Positions 1 through 10,234 of a stretch of DNA of 32,000 nucleotides are shown in pieces (positions within the stretch are counted from its first letter, which is position 1; the number at the start of each line of letters is the position of its first letter). Both the position numbers and the translations under genes were made by a program. The notes beneath the pieces were generated by a model, which did no database searches, was not told the DNA's origin, and saw only the letters and a list, made by a program, of their open reading frames with translations. The stretch comes from Crocosphaera subtropica ATCC 51142 (GTDB taxonomy: Bacteria; Cyanobacteriota; Cyanobacteriia; Cyanobacteriales; Microcystaceae), in assembly GCF_000017845.1 (NCBI RefSeq), contig NC_010546.1, forward strand, positions 3,900,001-3,932,000, in the 5' to 3' direction.

Positions 1-3000
1 TTTCAAATTTCACCACGGGAAGCTGAACAAATTGATCCTCAACAAAGATTATTCTTAGAAGTGGCCTGGGAAGCTTTAGAAAATGCAGGACTCATTCCTA
101 GTCAACTGTCTGGTACTCAGACTGGCGTGTTTGTGGGAATTAATAACAGCGACTATAATCGCATGAGTTGGCAAGATTTCGATTCGCTCAATGCTTATAG
201 TGGAACAGGAACAGATGTGTGCATTGTTGCCAATCGTTTATCCTATTTTCTCAATCTCAAAGGACCCAGCCTAGCGATTAACACCGCTTGCTCTTCTTCT
301 TTGGTAGCTATTCATTATGCTTGCCAAAGTTTACGGCTTCATGAATCAAATCTCTGTCTTGCTGGAGGGGTGAGCTTAATTCTGTCTCCAGAAGTAACGA
401 TCGCCTTTTCCCAAGGCCGAATGATGGCTGCGGATGGTCGTTGTAAAACCTTTGATGCGTCCGCTGATGGCTATGTTAGAGGAGAAGGATGTGGTGTCAT
501 TGTTCTTAAACGCTTATCCGATGCTCTAAAAGATGGGGATCAGATTCAAGGGATTATTCGGGGATCGGCAGTTAATCAAGATGGCTTAACCAATGGACTT
601 ACTGCCCCCAACGGCCCATCTCAACAGGCCGTCATGGGTCAAGCCCTCAAAAATGCTAACCTACAACCCCACGAAATTAGTTATGTCGAAGCCCACGGAA
701 CCGGAACCCCGTTAGGAGATCCCCAAGAATTTAGATCAATTACCACGGTCTTGAAACAGGGAAGACAACCAGAACAAACCTGTTGGGTGGGTTCGGTAAA
801 AACCAATATTGGCCATCTAGAGTCAGCTTCAGGTATCGCTGGTGTCATTAAAACCGTTCTCTGTCTTCAACATCAAACTATCGTTCCTCATCTTAATCTC
901 AACCAACTGAATCCTTATATCTCCCTAAAAAATATTCCGTTCACCATTCCCCAAGAATGCACTCCCTGGACAATTACAACGGAAAAACGCTGGGCTGGCG
1001 TTAGTTCCTTTGGCTTTGGGGGAACCAATGGCCATATCATTTTAGAAGAACCCCCTTCCTCTGAGTTAACAGCAACCTCTCAAGAGCAAAAACCTCACTC
1101 TTTAGACCATCCTTATCATTTATTAACCCTTTCAGCCCAAAGCAAAGAAGCTTTACAAGCTTTGGTTAAACGGTATCAAGATTTTCTCAACACACATCAG
1201 GCCGTTGCCCTCCAAGATGTATGTTTCACAGCTAATACGAAGCGATCGCAGTTTGAACATCGACTAGCTATGGTAGTCGGTTCTTCTAAAGAATTACAGC
1301 AACAATTAGCCACTTTAATCAACCACCCAGAAGAATCGGCCATTCGAGCCATAGCCCGTCCCCGTAAGTCCCCTAAAATGGCTTTTATGTTTACAGGGCA
1401 AGGTTCACAATTTGTGGGCATGGGACAGCAATTGTATCAAACTTCTTCTTTCTATCGTCAAATTATTGATGAGTGCGATCGCTTATTACAACCTTACTTA
1501 GAAAGGTCTTTAATAGATATTTTGTATGAGCAAACAGAAAATAGTCTTTTAGATCAAACAATCTACACCCAACCTGCTTTATTTTCTCTCGAATACGCTT
1601 TAGCTAAACTATGGCAATCTTGGGGTGTAAATCCTGTTGCGATGATGGGACACAGTGTAGGAGAATATGTGGCTGCTTGTTTAGCAGGGGTATTTAGTCT
1701 CGAAGATGGACTCAAACTCATTGCCTACCGAGGTCGTTTAATGCAAGCTTTGCCTGAAAATGGGGCAATGGTAGCTGTTTTTATTTCTGAAAAACAAGCC
1801 CAAGCTTTGATTGAATCCTATGGAGACAAGGTTGCTCTTGCAGCCATTAATGGCCCCAATAGTGTGGTAATTTCAGGAGAAAGGGATAGCATTCAAACCT
1901 TAATCACCACATTCGACAGCCAAGGCATTCAATTTAAAGAGTTGCAAGTGTCCCATGCTTTTCATTCTCCCCTCATGAAACCCATGTTGGCAGAATTTGA
2001 GCAAGTCGCCCAACAAATTACCTATAATCTCCCTAAAATCCCAATTATTTCTAATTTAACGGGAGAAATAGCCACCGATGCCATAGCGAGTTCTGACTAT
2101 TGGAGTCGTCACATTTTACAACCCGTCAAATTCTCGGCAGGGATGCAAACCTTGGCAGCACAAGGATATGATGGATTCATAGAAGTTGGACCTAAGCCCA
2201 TTTTATTAGGCATGGGTCGTCGTTGTTTACCAGAGAATCAAGGATTGTGGCTACCGAGTCTAAGACCTGGTTATTCTGATTGGCAAACCCTACTCGAAAG
2301 TTTAGGAAATTTGTATGTTAAGGGAACTGTTATTAATTGGGACAACTTTTATCAAGATGTTTCGGTTCACATGATTGCGGTTCCCACCTATCCTTTCCAA
2401 CGTCAACGTTATTGGTTTCAATTATCGGGTAAACGAACTTATGTTCAATCATCAGTTCCCTCACAATTACAGGCAGCAAACCCTTCTCACATTGAACAAA
2501 ATAAACTTATAGATACCTTAAAACAAACCCCTAATAAGTCTGAGCAGGAAGCTCTCTTAACCGCTTACGTTGAAAAAAAAGTGTTAAAGGTTCTCAAACT
2601 TCCTTCGTCGGAACAGATCAACCCTGAAAAGTCTCTCAGTGTCTTAGGGTTTGATTCGTTGATGTTGATGGAACTGAAAAATTTGATGGAAAAAGAGTTA
2701 AATATAACCTTGTCAACGAAAAAACTTTTGAACACAATCACTCCTGAGAAATTAACAAAAGAACTGATAGGACAATTATTAACGAAAGAAACAGAAGACA
2801 GTATTTCGAGAAAGGAGGATTTACCTCGTAATTGGTTAGAATTTTATCAACCTCAACCTCAAGCTAATTATCGTTTATTTTGTTTACATCATTTAGGAGG
2901 AAATGCCTCATTATTTCAAAAATGGTCAAGTGAGCTAGAGCCTAAAGTTGAGGTTGTTCCTCTACAAATACTCAGAAAATCTCAGAATATAAATCAAACC

Positions 3001-3567
3001 AATGAAAATCAATTTCATCTGCTAATTGAAGCAATGGAAAAGGTTTTAGCTCCATATTTAGATAAACCTTTTGCTATTTATGGTCATAGTATGGGAGCAA
3101 TTATGGCATTTGAATTAGCTCAAAAACTTTCTCAAACACAAGGAAAATTATTGCAACATTTATTTGTCAGTAGTTCTTTTTCTCCCCAGAAGATCAATAG
3201 AGTTTTAAAAGAAAATCAATTATCTTTAGAAGAGATTCTAAATGTATCTGAGATTCCTGAAGAAATACGGCAGGATTCCTCTATGATGGAAGAAATTACT
3301 TCAATTTTTCAAGTCGATTTACAATTGCTCAAAAGCTATGTATATACTAAAAATTCCCCCCTAAATTGTCCAATTTCTACTTTTGGTGGCAAAGGAGATC
3401 CCCTGATCAAGCAAGAGGATTTATTGCCCTGGGCAGATCATACCCATATTGGATTTAGATTTATGATGTTTCCAGGAAATCATATGTTTTTAATGGGAAA
3501 AAGTCATAAACTCTTATTACAAACTATCTTAAAAGAAATAGAAGTTTCTGCCTTGATATCTGCTTAA
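1..3567 (+). CDS. Type I polyketide synthase, terminal module KS-AT-ACP-TE (5'-partial)
   Basis: Frame 1 is open from nt 1 (FQISPREAEQIDPQQRLFLE, a KS N-terminal motif), so the ORF-track start at 61 is internal. KS motifs are TACSSS, EAHGTGT and NIGHLESASG. AT motifs are GHSVGE plus HAFHS (malonyl-type). ACP has LGFDSLM and the C-terminal thioesterase has GHSMGA. No KR/DH/ER domain lies between AT and ACP. Confidence 0.9.
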   Translation, partial: FQISPREAEQIDPQQRLFLEVAWEALENAGLIPSQLSGTQTGVFVGINNSDYNRMSWQDFDSLNAYSGTGTDVCIVANRLSYFLNLKGPSLAINTACSSSLVAIHYACQSLRLHESNLCLAGGVSLILSPEVTIAFSQGRMMAADGRCKTFDASADGYVRGEGCGVIVLKRLSDALKDGDQIQGIIRGSAVNQDGLTNGLTAPNGPSQQAVMGQALKNANLQPHEISYVEAHGTGTPLGDPQEFRSITTVLKQGRQPEQTCWVGSVKTNIGHLESASGIAGVIKTVLCLQHQTIVPHLNLNQLNPYISLKNIPFTIPQECTPWTITTEKRWAGVSSFGFGGTNGHIILEEPPSSELTATSQEQKPHSLDHPYHLLTLSAQSKEALQALVKRYQDFLNTHQAVALQDVCFTANTKRSQFEHRLAMVVGSSKELQQQLATLINHPEESAIRAIARPRKSPKMAFMFTGQGSQFVGMGQQLYQTSSFYRQIIDECDRLLQPYLERSLIDILYEQTENSLLDQTIYTQPALFSLEYALAKLWQSWGVNPVAMMGHSVGEYVAACLAGVFSLEDGLKLIAYRGRLMQALPENGAMVAVFISEKQAQALIESYGDKVALAAINGPNSVVISGERDSIQTLITTFDSQGIQFKELQVSHAFHSPLMKPMLAEFEQVAQQITYNLPKIPIISNLTGEIATDAIASSDYWSRHILQPVKFSAGMQTLAAQGYDGFIEVGPKPILLGMGRRCLPENQGLWLPSLRPGYSDWQTLLESLGNLYVKGTVINWDNFYQDVSVHMIAVPTYPFQRQRYWFQLSGKRTYVQSSVPSQLQAANPSHIEQNKLIDTLKQTPNKSEQEALLTAYVEKKVLKVLKLPSSEQINPEKSLSVLGFDSLMLMELKNLMEKELNITLSTKKLLNTITPEKLTKELIGQLLTKETEDSISRKEDLPRNWLEFYQPQPQANYRLFCLHHLGGNASLFQKWSSELEPKVEVVPLQILRKSQNINQTNENQFHLLIEAMEKVLAPYLDKPFAIYGHSMGAIMAFELAQKLSQTQGKLLQHLFVSSSFSPQKINRVLKENQLSLEEILNVSEIPEEIRQDSSMMEEITSIFQVDLQLLKSYVYTKNSPLNCPISTFGGKGDPLIKQEDLLPWADHTHIGFRFMMFPGNHMFLMGKSHKLLLQTILKEIEVSALISA

Positions 3568-3680
3568 TGAATGAAAGAGTAATACCTCTTAAATTAAACC
3601 CTAATAATAATAGGAAACTTTCACGAGTCTAAATGGGACTAACTTACAAACAAAAGATTTTATTTTGAGGAATTTTTCTA

Positions 3681-4508
3681 ATGACTTCTACTGGTTCTTA
3701 CGACATTCAAAAACATAATATTACCCCTGAAGCCGAACTACAACGGTTACAAACCCAAGCAACGGTTATTTGGAAAAAAGAAGCCAGAACCTTACAGTGG
3801 TTCGGGATTAAAGATGGGATGTCTGTGGTAGAACTGGGGAGTGGTCCGGGGTTCACCACAGAACAACTATGTTCATTATTGCCCAACAGCGAAATCACCA
3901 GTGTCGAATTAGATCCCTTTATGGTGCAACAAGCACAAAATTATTTAAAAGATAAAGGAGGCGATCGCGTTAATTTTGTTGAAGGGTCTATTACAGATAC
4001 GGGATTACCCGATAATAGCTTTGATTTTGCTTTTGCTCGTCTTATTTTTCAACATATTCCTGAACCTGTGGCCGCAGCCCAAGAAATAAGACGAATTCTC
4101 AAACCAGGAGGAAAGCTGGTCATTGTAGATACCGATGCTGATATCTTTGGACTGTTTGATCCACCAACCCCTAGCTTTACTAAGGCTATTGATAAGTTTA
4201 GTCAAGCTTCACAAGCTTTAGGGGGTAACTTCCGAATTGGTCGCTATCTCTGGCGTATTCTGCAAGAAGCAGGCTTTGAACATTTAGATTTGGAGGCTGT
4301 GGTTGCTCATAGTGATGAGTTAGGGATAGAACCCTTTGCTATTCACCCTTTAAATGTCGATTTATTTGTACGTTTAGTGAAAATGGGTTTAATGACAGAA
4401 GAAGAATTAGCCAGTCTACGTCAATCTAAAGAAGACTTTTTAGCATCTCCTCATCCTTTTGTTCTTGTAATCTGGTTAATGGCTTGTGGTGCTAAACCAG
4501 TTAATTAA
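3681..4508 (+). CDS. Class I SAM-dependent methyltransferase
   Basis: 275-aa ORF with SAM-binding motif I VVELGSGPGF and post-I acidic residue (SVELD). Motif LKPGGKLVIVD is present. Sits 113 nt downstream of the PKS, same strand. Confidence 0.85.
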   Translation: MTSTGSYDIQKHNITPEAELQRLQTQATVIWKKEARTLQWFGIKDGMSVVELGSGPGFTTEQLCSLLPNSEITSVELDPFMVQQAQNYLKDKGGDRVNFVEGSITDTGLPDNSFDFAFARLIFQHIPEPVAAAQEIRRILKPGGKLVIVDTDADIFGLFDPPTPSFTKAIDKFSQASQALGGNFRIGRYLWRILQEAGFEHLDLEAVVAHSDELGIEPFAIHPLNVDLFVRLVKMGLMTEEELASLRQSKEDFLASPHPFVLVIWLMACGAKPVN

Positions 4509-4623
4509 ATCATTTTTTAGTTTAATAGGCAGAAGATTTAGAGGAAAAAGATATCATTCCTCTCTTCTGTTTTCTTAAGACAAACTCTCTTTCAACTCCT
4601 TTAATAACAGAGATTTTAAACCG

Positions 4624-6015
4624 ATGAAAATTAATCATAACGAAACTGAAAATAATCTTAATACCCGTCAGAAACATCTTATTCTGGGGGCTGGTTTTGT
4701 GGGTTTAGGAATGGCGCAAGCTCTTAAACAGGCGGGTATTCCTTACGATCAAGTGGATGCTAGTGATGATATTGGTGGTAATTGGTATCATGGCGTTTAC
4801 GAAACGGCACATATCATTTCATCCCGCAAGATTACCCAATTTACTCATTTTCCCATGCCGGATCATTACCCAGATTTTCCTAGTGCAAAAAATATACTCG
4901 ATTATTTGAACACCTTTGCTGATCATTTTAACTTACGCCCTCAAATTGAATTAAATCGCAAAGTTACTTATATTCGACCCATAGAAAATAATTTCTGGGA
5001 AGTTACTTTCGCCAATGGAGAACAACGAATTTACAAAGGAGTGTTACTCTGTAATGGCCATCACTGGTGTAAACGCTTTCCTGAATTTGAAGGAACCTTT
5101 AACGGCCCAATTATCCACTCTAAGGATTATAAACGACCAGAGGAATTAAAAGGAAAGCGAGTATTAGTCATCGGTTCAGGGAACTCTGGCTGTGATTTAG
5201 CTGCTGAGTCTGCTAGAGTGGGGGCTAAATGTGTCATGAGTATGCGTCAGTCTCCTTGGTTTATTCCTAAATCATTTGCAGGGGCTCCAGTGGTTGACTT
5301 TATTAAATGGTGGATGCCTGAATGGTTGCAGAGGTTAATGGTCTATGGGATTATCCGTTTAACCTTTGGTACCCATGAAAGTTATGGGTTGCCTAAGCCT
5401 AACTATCGGATTTTTGACCGACATCCGACATTAAACAATGAAGTTCCTTACTATATTAAACACGGTCGCATCACTCCGAAGCCGGCAGTTCGTCGTCTTG
5501 ACGGTTGGGAAGTGGAGTTTCAGGATGGTAGTCGTGATGAATTTGATCTGATTGTTTGTGCGACAGGATTTCATTTAGCTTATCCCTTTCTTCCCTCAGA
5601 ACTACAGCGAGTTGATGGGTCAGTAGTGAAATGCTATGGTCAGGTATTTCTTGAAGATTATAAAGGACTTTATTACATCGGTTGGGGACAAATTCGTGGT
5701 GGCGTTGGTTCTTTGGTTTCTGCATTTGCTCCTGTGTTTGTTCGTTATCTTCAATTACAAGAGACCATTAATGTTCCCATTGGTTTAGTTCTCAAAGAAT
5801 TAGGACAAAAATTACCAAAAACTCATTTATTCGATCCCCATAAAATGTTTATTGAGTTGAAACTAAATGAGGTATTTTTTGATGTAGTTACTAAGAAAGC
5901 TCATCGGGTTGATGCTCAATATACCCAAGTTAATAATCCTCCCCTCCCTCCTTTATCATCTATTAACAAACCTGAGTTAACCAAGGAAATGACTCTAACA
6001 TCTAGTCTCCAGTAA
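4624..6015 (+). CDS. Flavin-containing (class B) monooxygenase
   Basis: FAD GxGxxG (GAGFVGLG) and NADPH GxGxxG (GSGNSGCD) are present. The FMO-identifying FxGxxxHxxxY motif is FNGPIIHSKDY. Co-directional with the PKS and methyltransferase. Confidence 0.85.
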   Translation: MKINHNETENNLNTRQKHLILGAGFVGLGMAQALKQAGIPYDQVDASDDIGGNWYHGVYETAHIISSRKITQFTHFPMPDHYPDFPSAKNILDYLNTFADHFNLRPQIELNRKVTYIRPIENNFWEVTFANGEQRIYKGVLLCNGHHWCKRFPEFEGTFNGPIIHSKDYKRPEELKGKRVLVIGSGNSGCDLAAESARVGAKCVMSMRQSPWFIPKSFAGAPVVDFIKWWMPEWLQRLMVYGIIRLTFGTHESYGLPKPNYRIFDRHPTLNNEVPYYIKHGRITPKPAVRRLDGWEVEFQDGSRDEFDLIVCATGFHLAYPFLPSELQRVDGSVVKCYGQVFLEDYKGLYYIGWGQIRGGVGSLVSAFAPVFVRYLQLQETINVPIGLVLKELGQKLPKTHLFDPHKMFIELKLNEVFFDVVTKKAHRVDAQYTQVNNPPLPPLSSINKPELTKEMTLTSSLQ

Positions 6016-6120
6016 TTAATGATTTGTTATCATCTAAAGTTTGAGTTTGCTGAAATTTAACATTTGTTTTTGCCACCCAGTTGACGGGCTAACAAGCATT
6101 AAGCCAATGTGTCTTCATGA

Positions 6121-7446
6121 TTAAAGAAGAACCGCAGCTTGTTCTGCCAGGGAAGAACGTTCCCCTTTAACCAGAGTAACATGGCCAGCAAGGACATCAT
6201 TTTTAAAGCGTTCTACGACATAAGTGAGTCCATTACTGGCCCCATCGATATAAGGGTTATCAATTTGTTCGATATCTCCCGTTAAGACAATTTTCGTCCC
6301 AACTCCAGCACGGGTTAAAATCGTTTTCACTTCATGGGGAGTCAAGTTTTGAGCTTCATCCACAATCAAAAATTGTTTCGGAATGGTACGTCCTCGAATG
6401 TAAGTTAAAGGTTCAATTTGTAAGAGTCCCCTTTCTAACAATTCTTCGTGACCCCGTCGCCAATGAGCCGGTTTATTAGAGGGGTTTTGTGTCCCTAAAA
6501 TGAGATCGAAGTTATCATAAATGGGTTGCATCCAAGGAGTCAATTTTTCGGTGATTTCCCCTGGTAAATAACCTAAATCACGTCCCATAGGAATAACAGG
6601 ACGAGAAATTAAAAGACGATGATAACGCTTTTCATCAGCCACTTGATGAATTCCGGCGGCAATAGCGAGAAGTGTTTTACCGGTTCCGGCTTTCCCAATT
6701 AAGGTTACTAGAGGGATCGACTCTTCTAACAACAAATCTAAGGCAAATTGCTGTTCTCGATTACGAGGACGAATACGAGCAATCCCTGACGAGGGTACAG
6801 TAAACAGAGGTAACAGTTGTTTTCCACTCTGAGCCACCCGACCTAAGGCCGTATGATGAGGATTAACTGCGTCAATGAGGGTGACTAACTGATTGGGGAG
6901 TAACTCTGTTGGTAAGACTATCTGCTTTTCTGAGAAAAATTGCTCAATGGTAGAAGATTCTACAACCAGTTCGCTGTACCCTGTATAAAGTTCATCGGCT
7001 TGAATTTTGTCGGTTTCATAGTCCTGAGCTAAGAGTCCTAGGGCATCGGCTTTAATGCGGAGATTGGTATCTTTGCTGACTAAAACCACGGGACATTGAC
7101 AGTGTTCTTTCAGTTCTAATGCCACAGCTAAAATAGCATTATCCCCTGAGTCGCCTTCTAATTCTGGGGGGAGTTGTTGGAGGGTTTGGGCAGAGCATAA
7201 TGCTACCCGTAAACTACCACCATGTTCTAGGGTTATGCCTTCGGTTAACCTTCCTTGTAAGCGGAGTTGATCGAGAGTCCGAGAGGTTTGTCTCGCATTG
7301 CGTCCTGTGACTTCGGGCTGTTTTTTAAAGCGATCGAGTTCTTCAATAATGGTGATAGGCAGTACCACTTCATTATCCTCAAACTGAAATAAAGCGGTAG
7401 GATCATGAAGTAAAACGTTAGTATCGAGAACATAGGTCTTTTTCAT
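6121..7446 (-). CDS. PhoH-like ATPase with N-terminal PIN domain
   Basis: 441-aa ORF. The N-terminus VLDTNVLLHD is PIN-like. Walker A is GKAGTGKT, followed by LIVDEAQN (Walker B), as in PhoH-family NTPases. Confidence 0.85.
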   Translation of the reverse strand: MKKTYVLDTNVLLHDPTALFQFEDNEVVLPITIIEELDRFKKQPEVTGRNARQTSRTLDQLRLQGRLTEGITLEHGGSLRVALCSAQTLQQLPPELEGDSGDNAILAVALELKEHCQCPVVLVSKDTNLRIKADALGLLAQDYETDKIQADELYTGYSELVVESSTIEQFFSEKQIVLPTELLPNQLVTLIDAVNPHHTALGRVAQSGKQLLPLFTVPSSGIARIRPRNREQQFALDLLLEESIPLVTLIGKAGTGKTLLAIAAGIHQVADEKRYHRLLISRPVIPMGRDLGYLPGEITEKLTPWMQPIYDNFDLILGTQNPSNKPAHWRRGHEELLERGLLQIEPLTYIRGRTIPKQFLIVDEAQNLTPHEVKTILTRAGVGTKIVLTGDIEQIDNPYIDGASNGLTYVVERFKNDVLAGHVTLVKGERSSLAEQAAVLL

Positions 7447-7508
7447 TTTTATTGGGGATAGATAATAAACTATCCAACTTGATTGAATCCATTTGTGACC
7501 CCAATTTT

Positions 7509-8228
7509 TTATTCATTGATTAACCATTGTTGTTGTGCCTTTTCAATAATTTCTATGGCTTCAATGACTGTATCAACACAGTGGGGAATGGTGAGATCCC
7601 TAGGGTCAGCTAGTGGTGTTTTTCCTTGAATCATATATTGAGTTGCCCAGGTGACTAAATCCCGCCACATAGGCCCAACCATAATCAAAGGGATGGGGTC
7701 GAGATGACGTACTTGTAATAATTGCCAGACCATCAAGGCTTCTAAGGTTGTCCCAATACCCCCTGGCATGATAATAAAAGCATTAGAAATTAAGACAAAT
7801 TGATGCAGTCGAGAAAAAAAGGTGCGATGACTAAATACTTCTTCGACAAAGGGGTTGGTTTCTTGTTCAACTTCTAGGTCAATACGGATGCCAATGGAAC
7901 GAGTTTGATCTTGGGGATCGGCGGCCACACTACCTTCATTCGCTGCTGTCATTAAGCCAGGTCCGCCTCCTGTGACAATATCACATTGCATTTGGGTTAG
8001 TTGAGTGGCTAACCATTTCACATCTTGATAAATGGCAGAATCTGACTGAATTCTCGCACTGCCAAAAATGGTGACACGGAACCGCTCTCGTTTAGGAGGA
8101 CGCAAACTGGTTAAAGCATTGATGACCTCCCACAACTCTAAAACCGCTTGTTTAACTACTTTTAGGGTTCCTTCTGGGTCGTTAAAACTAACGAGATGAG
8201 GGGATAGAGGATTGGTTTTCCGATTCAT
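7509..8228 (-). CDS. LOG family protein (TIGR00730 / lysine-decarboxylase-like; cytokinin riboside 5'-monophosphate phosphoribohydrolase family)
   Basis: Carries the GGGPGLM and PGGIGTTLE signature motifs of the LOG family. 239 aa. Confidence 0.8.
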   Translation of the reverse strand: MNRKTNPLSPHLVSFNDPEGTLKVVKQAVLELWEVINALTSLRPPKRERFRVTIFGSARIQSDSAIYQDVKWLATQLTQMQCDIVTGGGPGLMTAANEGSVAADPQDQTRSIGIRIDLEVEQETNPFVEEVFSHRTFFSRLHQFVLISNAFIIMPGGIGTTLEALMVWQLLQVRHLDPIPLIMVGPMWRDLVTWATQYMIQGKTPLADPRDLTIPHCVDTVIEAIEIIEKAQQQWLINE

Positions 8229-8351
8229 GAGAATACCCCAGTTACATAAGGAATATTCCAGGAGAGATGCTGCTGTGAATAATTTTTTCAGTTAATCTCA
8301 ATTTATTCCCTACTTTTTCTTATATTTTAGCTCAAAGGGTTAGGTGATGAC

Positions 8352-9986
8352 TTAAACTTTTTCTCTTAAAGCTTTAGTTAGTCGTTTTAAAGCTAAAGAA
8401 CTATCTTGAGGATCTAAATGAACATCTAATATGCAAAAACCCTCTGTATAGGTTTGACTTTTTTCTAACCCTAATTCTAATTCATCTTCTGTTCTAATAT
8501 CAAAGCCTTTACCCGCATTAAAAATAGTAGGAAGCTGACTATAATTCCACAATAAAATGTCATTAAATTTTCCGTCTTGCATGGGTCGTTCAGTTCCATA
8601 GCCTAAATTATTAAGAACAATAATAATCGGATTTAAACCATAACGAACAATAGTAGATAATTCCATGCCTGTCATTTGAAAAGCCCCATCCCCAACCAGA
8701 ACAAGAGGGCGCAGGGTAGAGTTAGCCATTTGTGCGCCAATACTAGCAGGCACAGCAAATCCTAAAGAGGCATAATAAGCAGGGGAAAGAAAACGACTTT
8801 TTTGGTGGACAACTAAATCTGCTCCAGCAAACAAGGCATCACCTACATCTGCAATGACAATCATATCATTACTAATAAAAAGATTGAGGCGTTCAAATAG
8901 TCTTTGAACAGTTATTTTCTCTCCAGGTTTTACTGAGAAGTTTGTGGGAAGTAGGAAACGAGAAGGTAAGTCAACTTGGCGATGCTTGAGGTCAGCGTTT
9001 AATAACCCATTGAGGAAATCAACTAAAGAGATATCTTCATAATTATGAAAATGAATTGAGGTTTTTTCACTGTTAACATCAATGAATGATTGAGGATTTA
9101 ACTTAGCTGTAAATATTCCTAAGTTGACATCAGACAAAAAAGTTCCCAAGGCAATAACACAATCACTTTCTTCTACATATTTTCGGGTAAATTCTTTTCC
9201 CATTGCCCCTTCATAAATTCCTAAATTGTTAGGGTGCATTTCGTTGATGACTGATTTTCCTAGTAAAGTTTCGGCTACAGGAAGATTAGTTTTTTCAACT
9301 AATTTAAGTAGGGACTCTTGTAACTTAAAACGATGAATTTCTACACCAGCTAAAATGACAGGATGTTGAGCTTGATTAATCAGGTTAACGGCTTCTTCTA
9401 ACGCTTCTTGTAGTGCATCAGGATTAGATGAAGAGTTATTACTAGAAGGTTGATTATCAGCACCCAGAGTAACATTAACCATATCTCTGGGGATTTCAAT
9501 ATAAACCGGTCTTTTGTAGCGTAAAGCTGCGGTTAAAACCCGTTCAATTTCGGAATAAGCCGTATCAGGATTATCCAAAACCGTAGAGGCTACGGTTATT
9601 TCTTGAAAGACTTTATATTGAGTATCAAATTCTTTGACTTTATGGTGTAGTAAAGGATTTTTAGTTCGTTCATTAACGCCAGGAGAACCGCTAATGACCA
9701 CCACAGGGGACTTTTCAGCAAAGCATTGGGCTGTAGTATTAGCAATCTTTAAGCCCCCCACACAATAGGTAACACAGACAACTCCTAATCCCCTCAAACG
9801 AGCATAAGCATCCGCAGCAAACCCGGCACCTTGTTCATCACAAGTATTAATAAATTCCAGTTCACTCTTTTCTAAAAGTTTATTAAAACCTAAAACAAAA
9901 TCTCCTGGGACTCCAAAGACATGATTAACCCCTAATTGTAATAGTCTTTCGATTAAATAGTTGCCGATAGATTTATTATTTTCCAT
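8352..9986 (-). CDS. Thiamine-diphosphate-dependent alpha-keto acid decarboxylase (indolepyruvate/phenylpyruvate/pyruvate decarboxylase family)
   Basis: 544 aa. The N-terminus GVNHVFGVPGD is a TPP-enzyme pyrimidine-binding domain. The C-terminal TPP motif is GDGAFQMTGMELSTIVRYGLNPIIIVLNN (GDG-X-NN). Substrate cannot be assigned from sequence alone. Confidence 0.8.
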   Translation of the reverse strand: MENNKSIGNYLIERLLQLGVNHVFGVPGDFVLGFNKLLEKSELEFINTCDEQGAGFAADAYARLRGLGVVCVTYCVGGLKIANTTAQCFAEKSPVVVISGSPGVNERTKNPLLHHKVKEFDTQYKVFQEITVASTVLDNPDTAYSEIERVLTAALRYKRPVYIEIPRDMVNVTLGADNQPSSNNSSSNPDALQEALEEAVNLINQAQHPVILAGVEIHRFKLQESLLKLVEKTNLPVAETLLGKSVINEMHPNNLGIYEGAMGKEFTRKYVEESDCVIALGTFLSDVNLGIFTAKLNPQSFIDVNSEKTSIHFHNYEDISLVDFLNGLLNADLKHRQVDLPSRFLLPTNFSVKPGEKITVQRLFERLNLFISNDMIVIADVGDALFAGADLVVHQKSRFLSPAYYASLGFAVPASIGAQMANSTLRPLVLVGDGAFQMTGMELSTIVRYGLNPIIIVLNNLGYGTERPMQDGKFNDILLWNYSQLPTIFNAGKGFDIRTEDELELGLEKSQTYTEGFCILDVHLDPQDSSLALKRLTKALREKV

Positions 9987-10234
9987 ATTTTTGTGCCTTA
10001 AATTTAAAACAAATGTTTGAAAGTATTATTAAGTTATTTCTTTTCTAAAAACCCTTGAAAAAATGATTGTTATGACTGATAGTTGTATCCTGGCTTCTTT
10101 ATCTCTATTTTAACTTGAACTAGAGGTTTTCCGATGAATATAATGAGATTAGTCACCATCAAAGAGGCAATCAATCATAGCACGCTACCGAAAAAGACGC
10201 AGTTCAGCACAAAACCATTTTACTCAGGAGGATT

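Noticed and set aside
1197-1421. Short antisense or alternative-frame ORFs nested in long genes (also 3707-3898, 4005-4205, 5471-5725, 7245-7433, 12201-12401, 15502-15735, 15621-15815, 16823-17047, 17787-17990, 18643-18912)
   Set aside because: Each lies wholly or largely inside or antisense to a much longer ORF with clear family motifs. They have no independent evidence and are typical six-frame noise.
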